Positions 1 through 8,529 of a DNA stretch of 46,618 nucleotides are shown piece after piece. The notes under the pieces were generated by a model, which worked only from the letters and a program-made list of their open reading frames with translations, was not told the DNA's origin and made no database searches. The DNA comes from Gemmatimonadota bacterium (GTDB taxonomy: Bacteria > 4572-55 > J002), in contig RFFQ01000025.1 of the NCBI GenBank assembly GCA_003697105.1, positions 1 through 46,618 on the forward strand. The letters are read 5' to 3'. Within the stretch, counting starts at the first letter, position 1. Each line of letters opens with the position of its first letter. Made by a program: the position numbers and the translations under genes.

Positions 1-134
1 ATGCAACGTCTCTCCGGATAATGTGTTTCAATTAACGTGTGATGCGCATTCACGAATGGCTCGATCATTTCCTGTCACCTGATGTTCCCGGTGGCGGTTG
101 CGGTGGTAGAGACGTTGCAATGCAACGTCCCTAC
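1..134. repeat. GTAG-type REP-like palindromes: full copy at 106-134, right half of another copy at 1-15
   Basis: GTAGAGACGTTGCA-A-TGCAACGTCCCTAC at 106-134 is an inverted repeat with one mismatch; the window opens with ATGCAACGTCTCTCC, matching the right arm. Confidence 0.7.
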
Positions 135-192
135 GGGGGTATCCTACCGAATCCAGATAAGCGCGAAGGTGCATTGAAACATCAAAACAACT

Positions 193-228
193 GAGCCATT
201 TGGGAATGCTCCCCAATGGCTCTTTTTT
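193..228 (+). terminator. Intrinsic terminator-like hairpin
   Basis: GAGCCATTTGGG-AATGCT-CCCCAATGGCTC (one mismatch) followed by TTTTTT. Confidence 0.55.
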
Positions 229-355
229 ATGCCTTCCAGCCCGTGAAACACGACTTTTCTAATTATTTTAGTCATAATTTGAACTCAGCCGGTTAAAAAA
301 AACAGACCTCTCAACAAGATAGATACTGTTTTATAAACCATGTTTTCTCCATCGG

Positions 356-2044
356 TTAAGGGGTTGGTTGGCAGATGCCGGCGGCGTTTTCCGGGTAGCG
401 TTGGTGTAACAACTGGCAGGCACGCTTGATCATATCATCCAGATCAAAACTCCAAATATAAATTGAGCCTTTTGCATCCGTGATGGCGAGCAGATCGCCG
501 TGCGGGTTGAACCGGATACGGGTTAGCTCTGCTTCACTGAAATTATCAATCGATTTGAGTAGCTCGCCGTCCATATTCCAAAATTTGAGGCTTCGATCGG
601 CTCCGGCGGACGCGATTACATTCTCGCTCAAGCTAAAATCGATGCTCCGCACACTGCCTTCATGTCCCCGTAGCGTGTGGATGAGGTTTGCTTCGCGATC
701 CCAGAGGTTGATGACCATACCATCCCCCGCCGAAGCGAAGTAGTTACCGCTGGGATGGTACACCACATCTTGCACGCTGGCAATGTGTTCCTTCAACGTG
801 ATCATCAATGTGCCGTCTTCAATGTCCCACGCTTTGAGCGTTCGGTCTATACTGCCGGAGATAAGGAAGGGTTGGGTGGGGCTGAGGGCTACCTGAGTGA
901 CCGCCCCATTGTGCCCCCGAAAGACGTGTACTTCCTCTTGAGAGCGTAATGACCATAACCGGAGGGTATTATCGTTGCCGGCAGAGACCAGTTGCTGCCC
1001 ATCTTTGCTGAACACGACATCCCAGACGGTGCCATGATGCCCACGAAACACCCAATCCTCCGCTCCAGTAACCCAATTCCACAACCGGATCGAGCCATCC
1101 TGACTACCGGAGGCAAGATATTGCCCGCCGGGATGGAATGCCACACTGTAAACGGCAACCGGATGCGCCAACGTGCGGCGCCATGTGCCATCTGTGCCCC
1201 ATAACTTGACCGTGCTATCCGTCGCGGCAGTCGCGAGGTGCTTTCCATCGGGGCTGAATGCCACATCCCAAATGCGCCCGCGGTGCCCCTGTGGGAACTG
1301 GCGGCGTTTATCTTGCCCGAACACCACCCTATTGAGAGAGGCGAGCACGTTTAGCCGGGTGGTCATATTTACTGTGGATTCTGGAATGTGTTGCAGTTGC
1401 TTTCCGGCTTGAATACTGGCAATTAACGCATTGAGGGAGTCATTTGTGGCAAGAGAGGTTTCTGCCGTGTTCTGCAAGTTTTGTATCTGTTTGATCTGTT
1501 TACGGTGTTCAATGCGGCTTGTGGGCACCGGAGGGGGTGGTTCTGGGGTAGGTTCCGGTTTTGTTTCCATCATTGCTAAAATCGAGTCTTCCAATACGGT
1601 TTTTTCCTGCCGGAGTTGGTCGATTTCCGTCACTAATGCCGTAATATTTTGTTGCAAACTGTCCCGTTCGGTGGCGGTTAGCTCTTTTTGTTGGATGACG
1701 TGCTGGAGGGAATCTTGAAGCTGTTGTTTTTCGGCGGCTAACCGGGCTTTGGCTTGGATTTCCTGCCGTAGCCGCCGTGGATCCGCCTGCGGCGGTGCGG
1801 ACGGGATGGAGGAGGTCTCGCCGTAAGCCTCCGCTTTTTCGTAGGCTTCCAATAAGCGCTGGATCCGCTCCTGCTCCGCTTGGGTGGAATCCAGACCCCG
1901 TTTTAGGTCATGATTTAATTCGATGGCGTGTTGTAATTCCTTTTTAAAATCGCGGGCTTTTAGCTCGGTTAAGATGGCGTAACTTAGCACTGCCAAAATC
2001 AAAATGGTAATGCCACCTACGAGTAACATTCGACGGTTTGACAT
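356..2044 (-). CDS. WD40-repeat protein with N-terminal TM anchor and coiled coil
   Basis: N-terminal hydrophobic helix, Q/E/L-rich coiled coil, Pro-rich linker, then about 7 GH...W(D/N) repeats (GHRGRIWDVAFSPDG...VKLW). Confidence 0.9.
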   Translation of the reverse strand: MSNRRMLLVGGITILILAVLSYAILTELKARDFKKELQHAIELNHDLKRGLDSTQAEQERIQRLLEAYEKAEAYGETSSIPSAPPQADPRRLRQEIQAKARLAAEKQQLQDSLQHVIQQKELTATERDSLQQNITALVTEIDQLRQEKTVLEDSILAMMETKPEPTPEPPPPVPTSRIEHRKQIKQIQNLQNTAETSLATNDSLNALIASIQAGKQLQHIPESTVNMTTRLNVLASLNRVVFGQDKRRQFPQGHRGRIWDVAFSPDGKHLATAATDSTVKLWGTDGTWRRTLAHPVAVYSVAFHPGGQYLASGSQDGSIRLWNWVTGAEDWVFRGHHGTVWDVVFSKDGQQLVSAGNDNTLRLWSLRSQEEVHVFRGHNGAVTQVALSPTQPFLISGSIDRTLKAWDIEDGTLMITLKEHIASVQDVVYHPSGNYFASAGDGMVINLWDREANLIHTLRGHEGSVRSIDFSLSENVIASAGADRSLKFWNMDGELLKSIDNFSEAELTRIRFNPHGDLLAITDAKGSIYIWSFDLDDMIKRACQLLHQRYPENAAGICQPTP

Positions 2045-2156
2045 GCGCGTACCAACTGGAGTTGAAGGAAAGGAGGAAGTGATTTGTTTGTTGGTAATTG
2101 TAGCATAAAATTAAGGGTTCAGCAACCTATTTGTTGATGTTTCCTCCTTCACGACC

Positions 2157-2182
2157 TTCGCCAAAACGAAAAATTTGGCGAA
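2157..2182. repeat. Short palindrome (REP- or terminator-like) downstream of dut
   Basis: TTCGCCAAA-8 nt-TTTGGCGAA. Confidence 0.4.
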
Positions 2183-2234
2183 CCTATTGCGCTTTAACCC
2201 CGTGTAACCGTTTTGCCCGTCTCGGGCATTTATA

Positions 2235-2747
2235 TCAGAGATTTTCCCCCTGATAGATGCCTTGATACCCGTTGGTTTTTGTGCCGAGCCGGAAAAAGAC
2301 CAGTTGCAGAATCCGTGCGTTTTGCTGAAGGTGCAACCCTTGCGGATTGTAAACCACTAGCAGGGATTGGCTCTGTCCGCAATAGCCGGCGTCCCATACG
2401 GCGCTTTCCACGGTTGCTCCCACCCGCAACATGGAAGAACGGGGGCGGGCAAGTGCCATGACATCTTGGGGCAGATTCACCACTTCGTTAAATTGCACCA
2501 AATAACATCCCGGGGCTAACGGAAGCCACCCTTTTGCGTCAAACTGCAGTTCTGTGGTTTCTGGTAGTTGGCGCGCCGTATTGGAAAAATCTAACGTGCC
2601 AGCTCCCTTAAATTGGTACACGGCTTTCAAACTGAGATCGACCCCGTTGGGTTGCACTTGCACTGCCGGGTCAATCAGACCACTCAACAGGGGGGGGTCT
2701 TGATTGAGTAAAGTACGAATATCATGTTCGGTAAAAACGGAAGCCAT
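2235..2747 (-). CDS. dut: Trimeric dUTPase (dUTPase/dCTP deaminase family)
   Basis: QPNGVDL, ARPRSSMLR, AVWDAGYCG, RILQLVF, YQGIYQG motifs. Confidence 0.85.
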   Translation of the reverse strand: MASVFTEHDIRTLLNQDPPLLSGLIDPAVQVQPNGVDLSLKAVYQFKGAGTLDFSNTARQLPETTELQFDAKGWLPLAPGCYLVQFNEVVNLPQDVMALARPRSSMLRVGATVESAVWDAGYCGQSQSLLVVYNPQGLHLQQNARILQLVFFRLGTKTNGYQGIYQGENL

Positions 2748-2786
2748 TATTTATTCCTTTCGGGTTGGTTTCATAGGTTTTGCGCA

Positions 2787-3602
2787 TCAGGAATACAGTG
2801 CCCAACTGAATTTATTCCGGTATGTTTGGGTTGTCTCATGCGAGTCCCCCAAATAATTGAAGATGGCGCGACATGCCCGATTAGCCACCCCGTCGGCGTA
2901 ATTTTTATTGATACCCACCACTTCAATGAATTTTTCTAGGGCTGCGGGAAAATCTTGTTGAGTCAAGTGCTGGATGCCGTCCAAAATATCCGCTTTGAGC
3001 GAGCTTTCCGGCAATTCTACAGGGGACTGTTGGAGGTGGAACAGTTCGGCAAATGTTCGCAGGGCTTCTGCCGCATCAAAGGATGGGGAATCCCCTTCAA
3101 CCGGTTTGACCAGTTCCACCGCGCGCTCCGGCTCTGTGAAAATATATGTTTTTGCCAGTAGTACACGCGCCGCGTGGTTATCCGGTTCGGCATCAATAAT
3201 GGTCTGTAGAAGTTGGCGGGCGGCTTCGGTCTCTCCTGCCGCCAGATGTTGTTGTGCCTGTTTGAGAGTTGAGCGGTGTTTGCTGGGCAGTGCTTTTTTC
3301 AGCCACTGTTCAATCATCTGTTCGGGCAGAGCTCCGACAAATTCATCCACAACCTTACCATCCACAAATAATTTTACATTGGGGATGCCTTGGATGCCGT
3401 ATTCCCGGGCAATCTGGGGAAACTGGTCGGTATTCACTTTTACCAGTACCCAATCCTTATGGTGCTTTTGAGCGAGTTTTTCCAACACCGGTGCGAGTAC
3501 CCGGCAAGGTGCGCACCATTCTGCCCAAAAATCGACCACTACTGGAATTTTATAACTGTGCTCGATGACATCTTTTTGAAAATTTTGTGTGTCATATCCC
3601 AT
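2787..3602 (-). CDS. Thioredoxin-TPR chaperedoxin (YbbN/CnoX-like)
   Basis: VDFWAEWCAPC active site plus TPR-like C-terminus ending YRNKFSWALYS; start moved to ATG 3602 (MGYDTQNF) because the longer ORF overlaps the upstream gene. Confidence 0.85.
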   Translation of the reverse strand: MGYDTQNFQKDVIEHSYKIPVVVDFWAEWCAPCRVLAPVLEKLAQKHHKDWVLVKVNTDQFPQIAREYGIQGIPNVKLFVDGKVVDEFVGALPEQMIEQWLKKALPSKHRSTLKQAQQHLAAGETEAARQLLQTIIDAEPDNHAARVLLAKTYIFTEPERAVELVKPVEGDSPSFDAAEALRTFAELFHLQQSPVELPESSLKADILDGIQHLTQQDFPAALEKFIEVVGINKNYADGVANRACRAIFNYLGDSHETTQTYRNKFSWALYS

Positions 3603-3645
3603 TTTGTCACTCCATTTTGATGAGTTGTGTCTGATGATTGCTCCA

Positions 3646-4437
3646 TTAGGTTGACCGTCCTTTTTTTGCGACGACCATAATCCGGTAGGTTTTATCCGAC
3701 GGCGGGGTGAATTCCAGATGTTCGTAGATGTCCACCTGCGCAAAGCCGGCATGATCGAGCAAGCGGCGGATGGTGCTATAGGGGTAGAAGGTCTCTTTGT
3801 GGGTTTCCTGCCCGCGCAGGTAATAGCCGTTGTCTTGCCGGGCAAAAAAGGTCAGTTTGAGGGTAGAAATCCGGGTAGTCGCGTTATATTCGCTCTCCCA
3901 AATTGAGGTTAGATTCTTGGTTTCGCGCACGGTGGTGCCTTCTCCCCAGATTTGGCTAAGGGCAAACTCGGTGTTCATATCAAAGATATACAGCCCGCCG
4001 GGGCGTAGATGGTTGTAGGCGCATTGATAAGCTTTTTGCAACTGAGATTCTTTCAGCAGATAATTTAAACTATCATAGAGGCAAATCACCGCATCGAAGT
4101 GTTCCCTTAAGTCAAATTGGGTCATATCTGCCTGAATAAATTGGGTTTGGGGATATTTTGACTGGACACGTTCCTGAGCCACTTCCAACATGGCTTCGGA
4201 AAGATCGATGCCGGTGATGTCATAGCGATATTTGGCAAAGTAACCCGCCACAATGCCCGTACCGCAGGCAATATCCAACACCTTGGTGCCCCTGAGATTG
4301 TAGCGCCGGAAAATCCGCAAAATATAATCCACCCAACCGGCGTAATCGACATCATACATCAATTCGTCGTAATAGCGGGCAATGGTGGAATAGGGTAAGT
4401 TTGATTTTTTTTTCAGGTTAAACACGTTGATTCTCAT
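3646..4437 (-). CDS. Class I SAM-dependent methyltransferase
   Basis: VLDIACGTG, GIDLSEAML, DAVICLYDSLNY, LRPGGLYIFD motifs. Confidence 0.9.
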   Translation of the reverse strand: MRINVFNLKKKSNLPYSTIARYYDELMYDVDYAGWVDYILRIFRRYNLRGTKVLDIACGTGIVAGYFAKYRYDITGIDLSEAMLEVAQERVQSKYPQTQFIQADMTQFDLREHFDAVICLYDSLNYLLKESQLQKAYQCAYNHLRPGGLYIFDMNTEFALSQIWGEGTTVRETKNLTSIWESEYNATTRISTLKLTFFARQDNGYYLRGQETHKETFYPYSTIRRLLDHAGFAQVDIYEHLEFTPPSDKTYRIMVVAKKGRST

Positions 4438-5755
4438 CCATAATACCGGTTTGAAGCCATGCTTCTAAGGTGGTTAAGGCGCGTTCGACCATCTTTTGTC
4501 GCCGGGCTTGCCGTCCTCCTTTTGGCTTTGGCGTAATGGGAGGGAAAAGCCCAAAATTGATATTCATGGGCTGGAAATGATCGGGGTCTGCGGTGGTAAT
4601 GTAGTGAAGGAGCGCGCCGGTGGCGGTTTCCGGTGGCGGGTAAATGGGGGGTTGTTGGTGAACAAGCCGGGCTAGATTGATGCCGGCGATCAGTCCGGTG
4701 GCGATATCTTCGACGTAGCCTTCTACCCCGGTGAGTTGCCCGCCCACAAAGAGATCATCTCGTCGTTGGGTTTGCAGGGTGGGGCGAAGCGTTCGCGGGC
4801 TGTTCAGATAGCTGTTGCGGTGGATACTGCCGTAACGGTAAAACTCCGCGTTTTCCAAGCCGGGAATCAACCGGAAGATGCGTTTCTGTTCCCCGATTTT
4901 CAGTTGCGTTTGGAACCCGACCAGATTATAGCTGGTTTTAGCGGTGTTTTCTGCGCGAAGTTGCACCACCGCGAACGGTTTATCACCCGTGGTGGGATCG
5001 GTTAATCCAACGGGTTTCATGGGTCCGAAGGTGAGTGTTTCCCGCCCGCGCCGTGCCATCTCTTCGATAGGCATACACCCTTCAAAGTAGTGGCCGCGCT
5101 CAAAATCTGCCGGTAGGTGCGGTTCGCCGGCGATCAGTTCTTCGTAAAATCGATTATATTCCGCTTCTGTCATGGGGCAGTTGAGGTACGCCTCATCCCC
5201 GCCTTTGTCGTAGCGATTTTGAGAGAACACTTTGTCAAAATTGATCGACTCCGTCGCCACAATTGGGGAAATGGCATCATAGAAGAACAAATCTTGTTCG
5301 CCTAAGGTAGCGGAAATATCGGCAAACAGAGCATCGGACGTCAGCGGCCCGGTGGCAATCAGAACCGGCACATCTACTGGAATATGAGTGACTTCTTTCC
5401 GAATGATCGTCACGTTGGGGTGGTGTTCTAATTTTTCGGCAATATAAGCGGAAAATTGCGCCCGATCCACTGCCAATGCTTGTCCGGCAGGGACACGCGT
5501 CGCATCAGCCGCCTCGATTAGGAGTGAACCCAAGCGCCGCAGTTCTGCTTTTAGCAACCCATGCGAGGTAGATACATCATTGGATTTCAGGGAGTTACTG
5601 CACACAAGTTCCGCCAGATCGCCGGTTTTATGCGCTGGTGTTTGCTTTGCCGGGCGCATTTCATACAGTTCCACAGGGACGCCTCGGGTAGCAATTTGCC
5701 ATGCCGCCTCGCAACCGGCAAGCCCTCCACCGATAACAATCGCTTTGGGTGTCAT
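4418..5755 (-). CDS. trmFO: FAD/folate-dependent tRNA m5U54 methyltransferase TrmFO
   Basis: VIGGGLAGCEAAWQ, AELVCSNS, FEGCMPIE, NLVGFQT, GQLTGVEGY, FQPMNINFG; start placed at ATG 5755. Confidence 0.95.
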   Translation of the reverse strand: MTPKAIVIGGGLAGCEAAWQIATRGVPVELYEMRPAKQTPAHKTGDLAELVCSNSLKSNDVSTSHGLLKAELRRLGSLLIEAADATRVPAGQALAVDRAQFSAYIAEKLEHHPNVTIIRKEVTHIPVDVPVLIATGPLTSDALFADISATLGEQDLFFYDAISPIVATESINFDKVFSQNRYDKGGDEAYLNCPMTEAEYNRFYEELIAGEPHLPADFERGHYFEGCMPIEEMARRGRETLTFGPMKPVGLTDPTTGDKPFAVVQLRAENTAKTSYNLVGFQTQLKIGEQKRIFRLIPGLENAEFYRYGSIHRNSYLNSPRTLRPTLQTQRRDDLFVGGQLTGVEGYVEDIATGLIAGINLARLVHQQPPIYPPPETATGALLHYITTADPDHFQPMNINFGLFPPITPKPKGGRQARRQKMVERALTTLEAWLQTGIMDENQRV

Positions 5756-5840
5756 GGGGTATCCTTCTATATCATGTCTCACAAAATAGTACCAGCAAGG
5801 AGGTGTTTTACCCCCCTTGCTGGTAATTTTCATTTATGGC

Positions 5841-8057
5841 TCAATATCGTACGCCGAGATATATCTCGCGGCCTTTGGTCGGTCCCCACGCAAACGCTGT
5901 ATCAAAATAGGGACCAAAGGGGTCTTCCCAACTTAAAATAGGGTGTTCTTGGCGGTAGTCAAATAGATTTTCGACACCGGCGTAAATTTCCAACCGCTGC
6001 CAACGGCGGGTCAGTTGCAGGTTTGCCGTAAAATACGCCTCAGAAACCGGCGGTTGTTGCAAGTCCGCGGGTAATGTTGATGTATCTGGCAGGTGTTGCT
6101 CGCCGTACCAATGCAGCGACCCATCCACATACCAATTGCTTTGCAGTGGGCGGTAGGAGAGGGTGGTCAGTACTTTATGTTGCGCATTAAACGGCAGTTC
6201 GATCTTTTCGCCATCAACTCTGCGGTAAACATCCAAAAAATTGTAGGCAATTTTGCTGTTGATTGTTTCCCGCACGTCAATCAACAACTCTGCTTGCAAA
6301 CTGTTTGAGGCGGATTCTCCCTTAAAATTACTGATGTACGCCTGCCTTGGATCGCGATCATAATCCGGGAAAATCTGATTGGAGAACCGGGTGTGATACA
6401 CATCCACGCTGAGATGACCACTGATGGCGTCCCAAGCGTAATAATACGTTGCATTTGCCCCGAAACTAGCCGCTCGTTCCGGATCGAGATCGCCAGCGAT
6501 AATTACATCCCGCGAACTGGCAAGAAGATTGACATTTTCTGCGAAGATATTGACCGTGCGCAAGCCCGTCCCCGCTGAGAGACGGACATCCATCTGGGGC
6601 AATAACCGGTATTTCAGCAGGGCACGTGGGGTGATAAACATCCCCACATCGGGATGCTGATCGGCGCGCACCCCAACAATCACGGTGGCATTGTCCCAAT
6701 TGAAGACTTGCTCCGCAAACACGCCCGGAATCACGTCTGTTTTGTTGTAAATACCATCATAGGTGCGCTCCAACGGGTTGGCGAGAAATCGAATATCCTC
6801 ATTAAGGGTCAAATAACGCAAACTGAGTCCTGTGCGTAAGGTGTGGGTTTGCCAATCCCGCTCGTATTGTAGATTGGCGTAGCCCTGAAACTGATCTGCC
6901 TGATACTGTACGGTGCCGAAATATGCCTCTTGATCCTGATAGACGGTAGAGGCAAATAACGCCAGCCGGTGTTGGGCATTTAACCGGCGGATAGTTTTCA
7001 GATAGATTTCCGGTTGGGTGAGGGCAACGGTTTGCCCAAACACTTGCGTACTCGCTCGATCCTGTTCTGCATCATAGGTCACTTGCCCACCGGTGCGGTG
7101 TTCGTGCAAATAGCGCAATCCGATTTGCGTGTACCAACGGGAGTCATTTTTGGTGCCATATTGCCACTTGTTGTACATCATGTAGCGGGTTAGTAAGGGT
7201 AAATCTGTAAATTGGTCGGCATTGTTATCGATGCGGCGGGCAGGTTGCACAGAATGCGCCGCCAGCAACGTTTGCCAGCCTTTCCACTGGCGGCTGATCG
7301 TGGCGTTGTACTGGGTTTCGCCAAAGCTGTTGCCGTAAGCATTGATTGCGAGTGGAGACTCCTTTTCGGGTGTTTTCAGTTCCACATTGACCTGCCCGCT
7401 GATGCTCTCAAACCCTTGTAATACCGAATTTACGCCTTTTGTCACGTAAATATTTTCGATCAATGTGCTGGGATAACTGCTAATTCCATAGGTATAGGTT
7501 AAGCCTTGTATCAAGGGCATTCCATCGATCAACACCTGATTGTAAACGCCGGACAATCCCAAAATACGTAATTCTCGGGTGTGGGTGATGATATTTGTCG
7601 TAACCGCCTCCACCGATGAATTGCTACCAAAACAGCCGGTTAAATCACAGCAGGCGGCTTTGGTAAACTCGGCATCGGTGATGACTTCGGTTTTGTAGGC
7701 TGTTTCACGGTCGATAAATCCGGCGATCTGTTGCCCCACTACGGTGACTTCATCCATGTAGATGGTGGCGGGTTTCAAACTGATCAGCACGAAACTCGGG
7801 TCAGTTACGGTGAGCGTATCTGGGGCAAAACCGATGTATTGAACGAGCAAAGTGGACTCCGGTTGGTCTGGCATCTCAATCGCGAAATTACCGTCAGGGT
7901 CCGTCAGGGTCCCAATGGGGGTACCTTGCCACGAGACATTTGCCCCGGCAAGTGCCGCTCCGGTTGAATCGTCCATGACCATGCCGCGTAGAATTTCCGC
8001 GGGAAGCCCACTGCACGTCATAAAAAGTAGAATCAGGGTGTAAATTCCTGTTTTCAT
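5841..8057 (-). CDS. TonB-dependent outer-membrane receptor, probably metal-related
   Basis: Signal peptide, carboxypeptidase-regulatory-like N-domain, plug with KAACCDLTGCF, C-terminal barrel strand GREIYLGVRY; SD GAGGAG before ATG 8057. Confidence 0.88.
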   Translation of the reverse strand: MKTGIYTLILLFMTCSGLPAEILRGMVMDDSTGAALAGANVSWQGTPIGTLTDPDGNFAIEMPDQPESTLLVQYIGFAPDTLTVTDPSFVLISLKPATIYMDEVTVVGQQIAGFIDRETAYKTEVITDAEFTKAACCDLTGCFGSNSSVEAVTTNIITHTRELRILGLSGVYNQVLIDGMPLIQGLTYTYGISSYPSTLIENIYVTKGVNSVLQGFESISGQVNVELKTPEKESPLAINAYGNSFGETQYNATISRQWKGWQTLLAAHSVQPARRIDNNADQFTDLPLLTRYMMYNKWQYGTKNDSRWYTQIGLRYLHEHRTGGQVTYDAEQDRASTQVFGQTVALTQPEIYLKTIRRLNAQHRLALFASTVYQDQEAYFGTVQYQADQFQGYANLQYERDWQTHTLRTGLSLRYLTLNEDIRFLANPLERTYDGIYNKTDVIPGVFAEQVFNWDNATVIVGVRADQHPDVGMFITPRALLKYRLLPQMDVRLSAGTGLRTVNIFAENVNLLASSRDVIIAGDLDPERAASFGANATYYYAWDAISGHLSVDVYHTRFSNQIFPDYDRDPRQAYISNFKGESASNSLQAELLIDVRETINSKIAYNFLDVYRRVDGEKIELPFNAQHKVLTTLSYRPLQSNWYVDGSLHWYGEQHLPDTSTLPADLQQPPVSEAYFTANLQLTRRWQRLEIYAGVENLFDYRQEHPILSWEDPFGPYFDTAFAWGPTKGREIYLGVRY

Positions 8058-8092
8058 GGCATACTCCTCTTGAAATGATAACATATTGTGGA

Positions 8093-8428
8093 TTAACAAG
8101 TATGAACCGTATCCACGATTTGTGGAGGACGCCAAATCTCGTAACTAATGATCCAAAGGGCTGGCTGGAATCGGGTTATAGGAGCATACAAAATGATGAG
8201 ATGGGGGAGACCCGTCAATGTTGAGTGGACCCACCCGGTGCAACAACTCCGGTGACAGGGCACTAACGGATTGCAAGGGGAGTCTTCTGCGGTTTCGCTT
8301 CCGGTGACGGGTGCCGGCGATGGAACGTCGCAACAACTCGAGGCGGGTGCGGGGATTGACGTTGCCCAAACCGGTTGAATCAATAATACGATAAGATAAA
8401 GGATGAACAAGAAACTTACGAGTTTCAT
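8093..8428 (-). CDS. Small Cys-rich leader protein with C-terminal WRPP motif (DUF6660/DUF2946-like)
   Basis: N-terminal hydrophobic signal, CC and CNPLVPCHRSCC clusters, EIWRPPQ near the C-terminus; ends 35 bp before the TonB receptor start. Confidence 0.7.
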   Translation of the reverse strand: MKLVSFLFILYLIVLLIQPVWATSIPAPASSCCDVPSPAPVTGSETAEDSPCNPLVPCHRSCCTGWVHSTLTGLPHLIILYAPITRFQPALWIISYEIWRPPQIVDTVHTC

Positions 8429-8529
8429 GATTCGCAAAAATGGGATTGGATGATAGCAAATGTAACCTTATTTAACCAGATGTGCTGAAAATCGGCGGAA
8501 TTGATCCGTTTGTCAAGGGGAATATGTTG

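Noticed and set aside
28-216. 62-aa minus-strand ORF
   Set aside because: Runs through the REP palindrome and terminator hairpin; non-ATG start and no motifs
3603-3845. N-terminal extension of the thioredoxin ORF
   Set aside because: Overlaps the methyltransferase in another frame; thioredoxin similarity starts at ATG 3602
8145-8459. Alternative 104-aa ORF overlapping the leader
   Set aside because: No signal or motif; the other frame has a coherent signal-Cys-WRPP pattern
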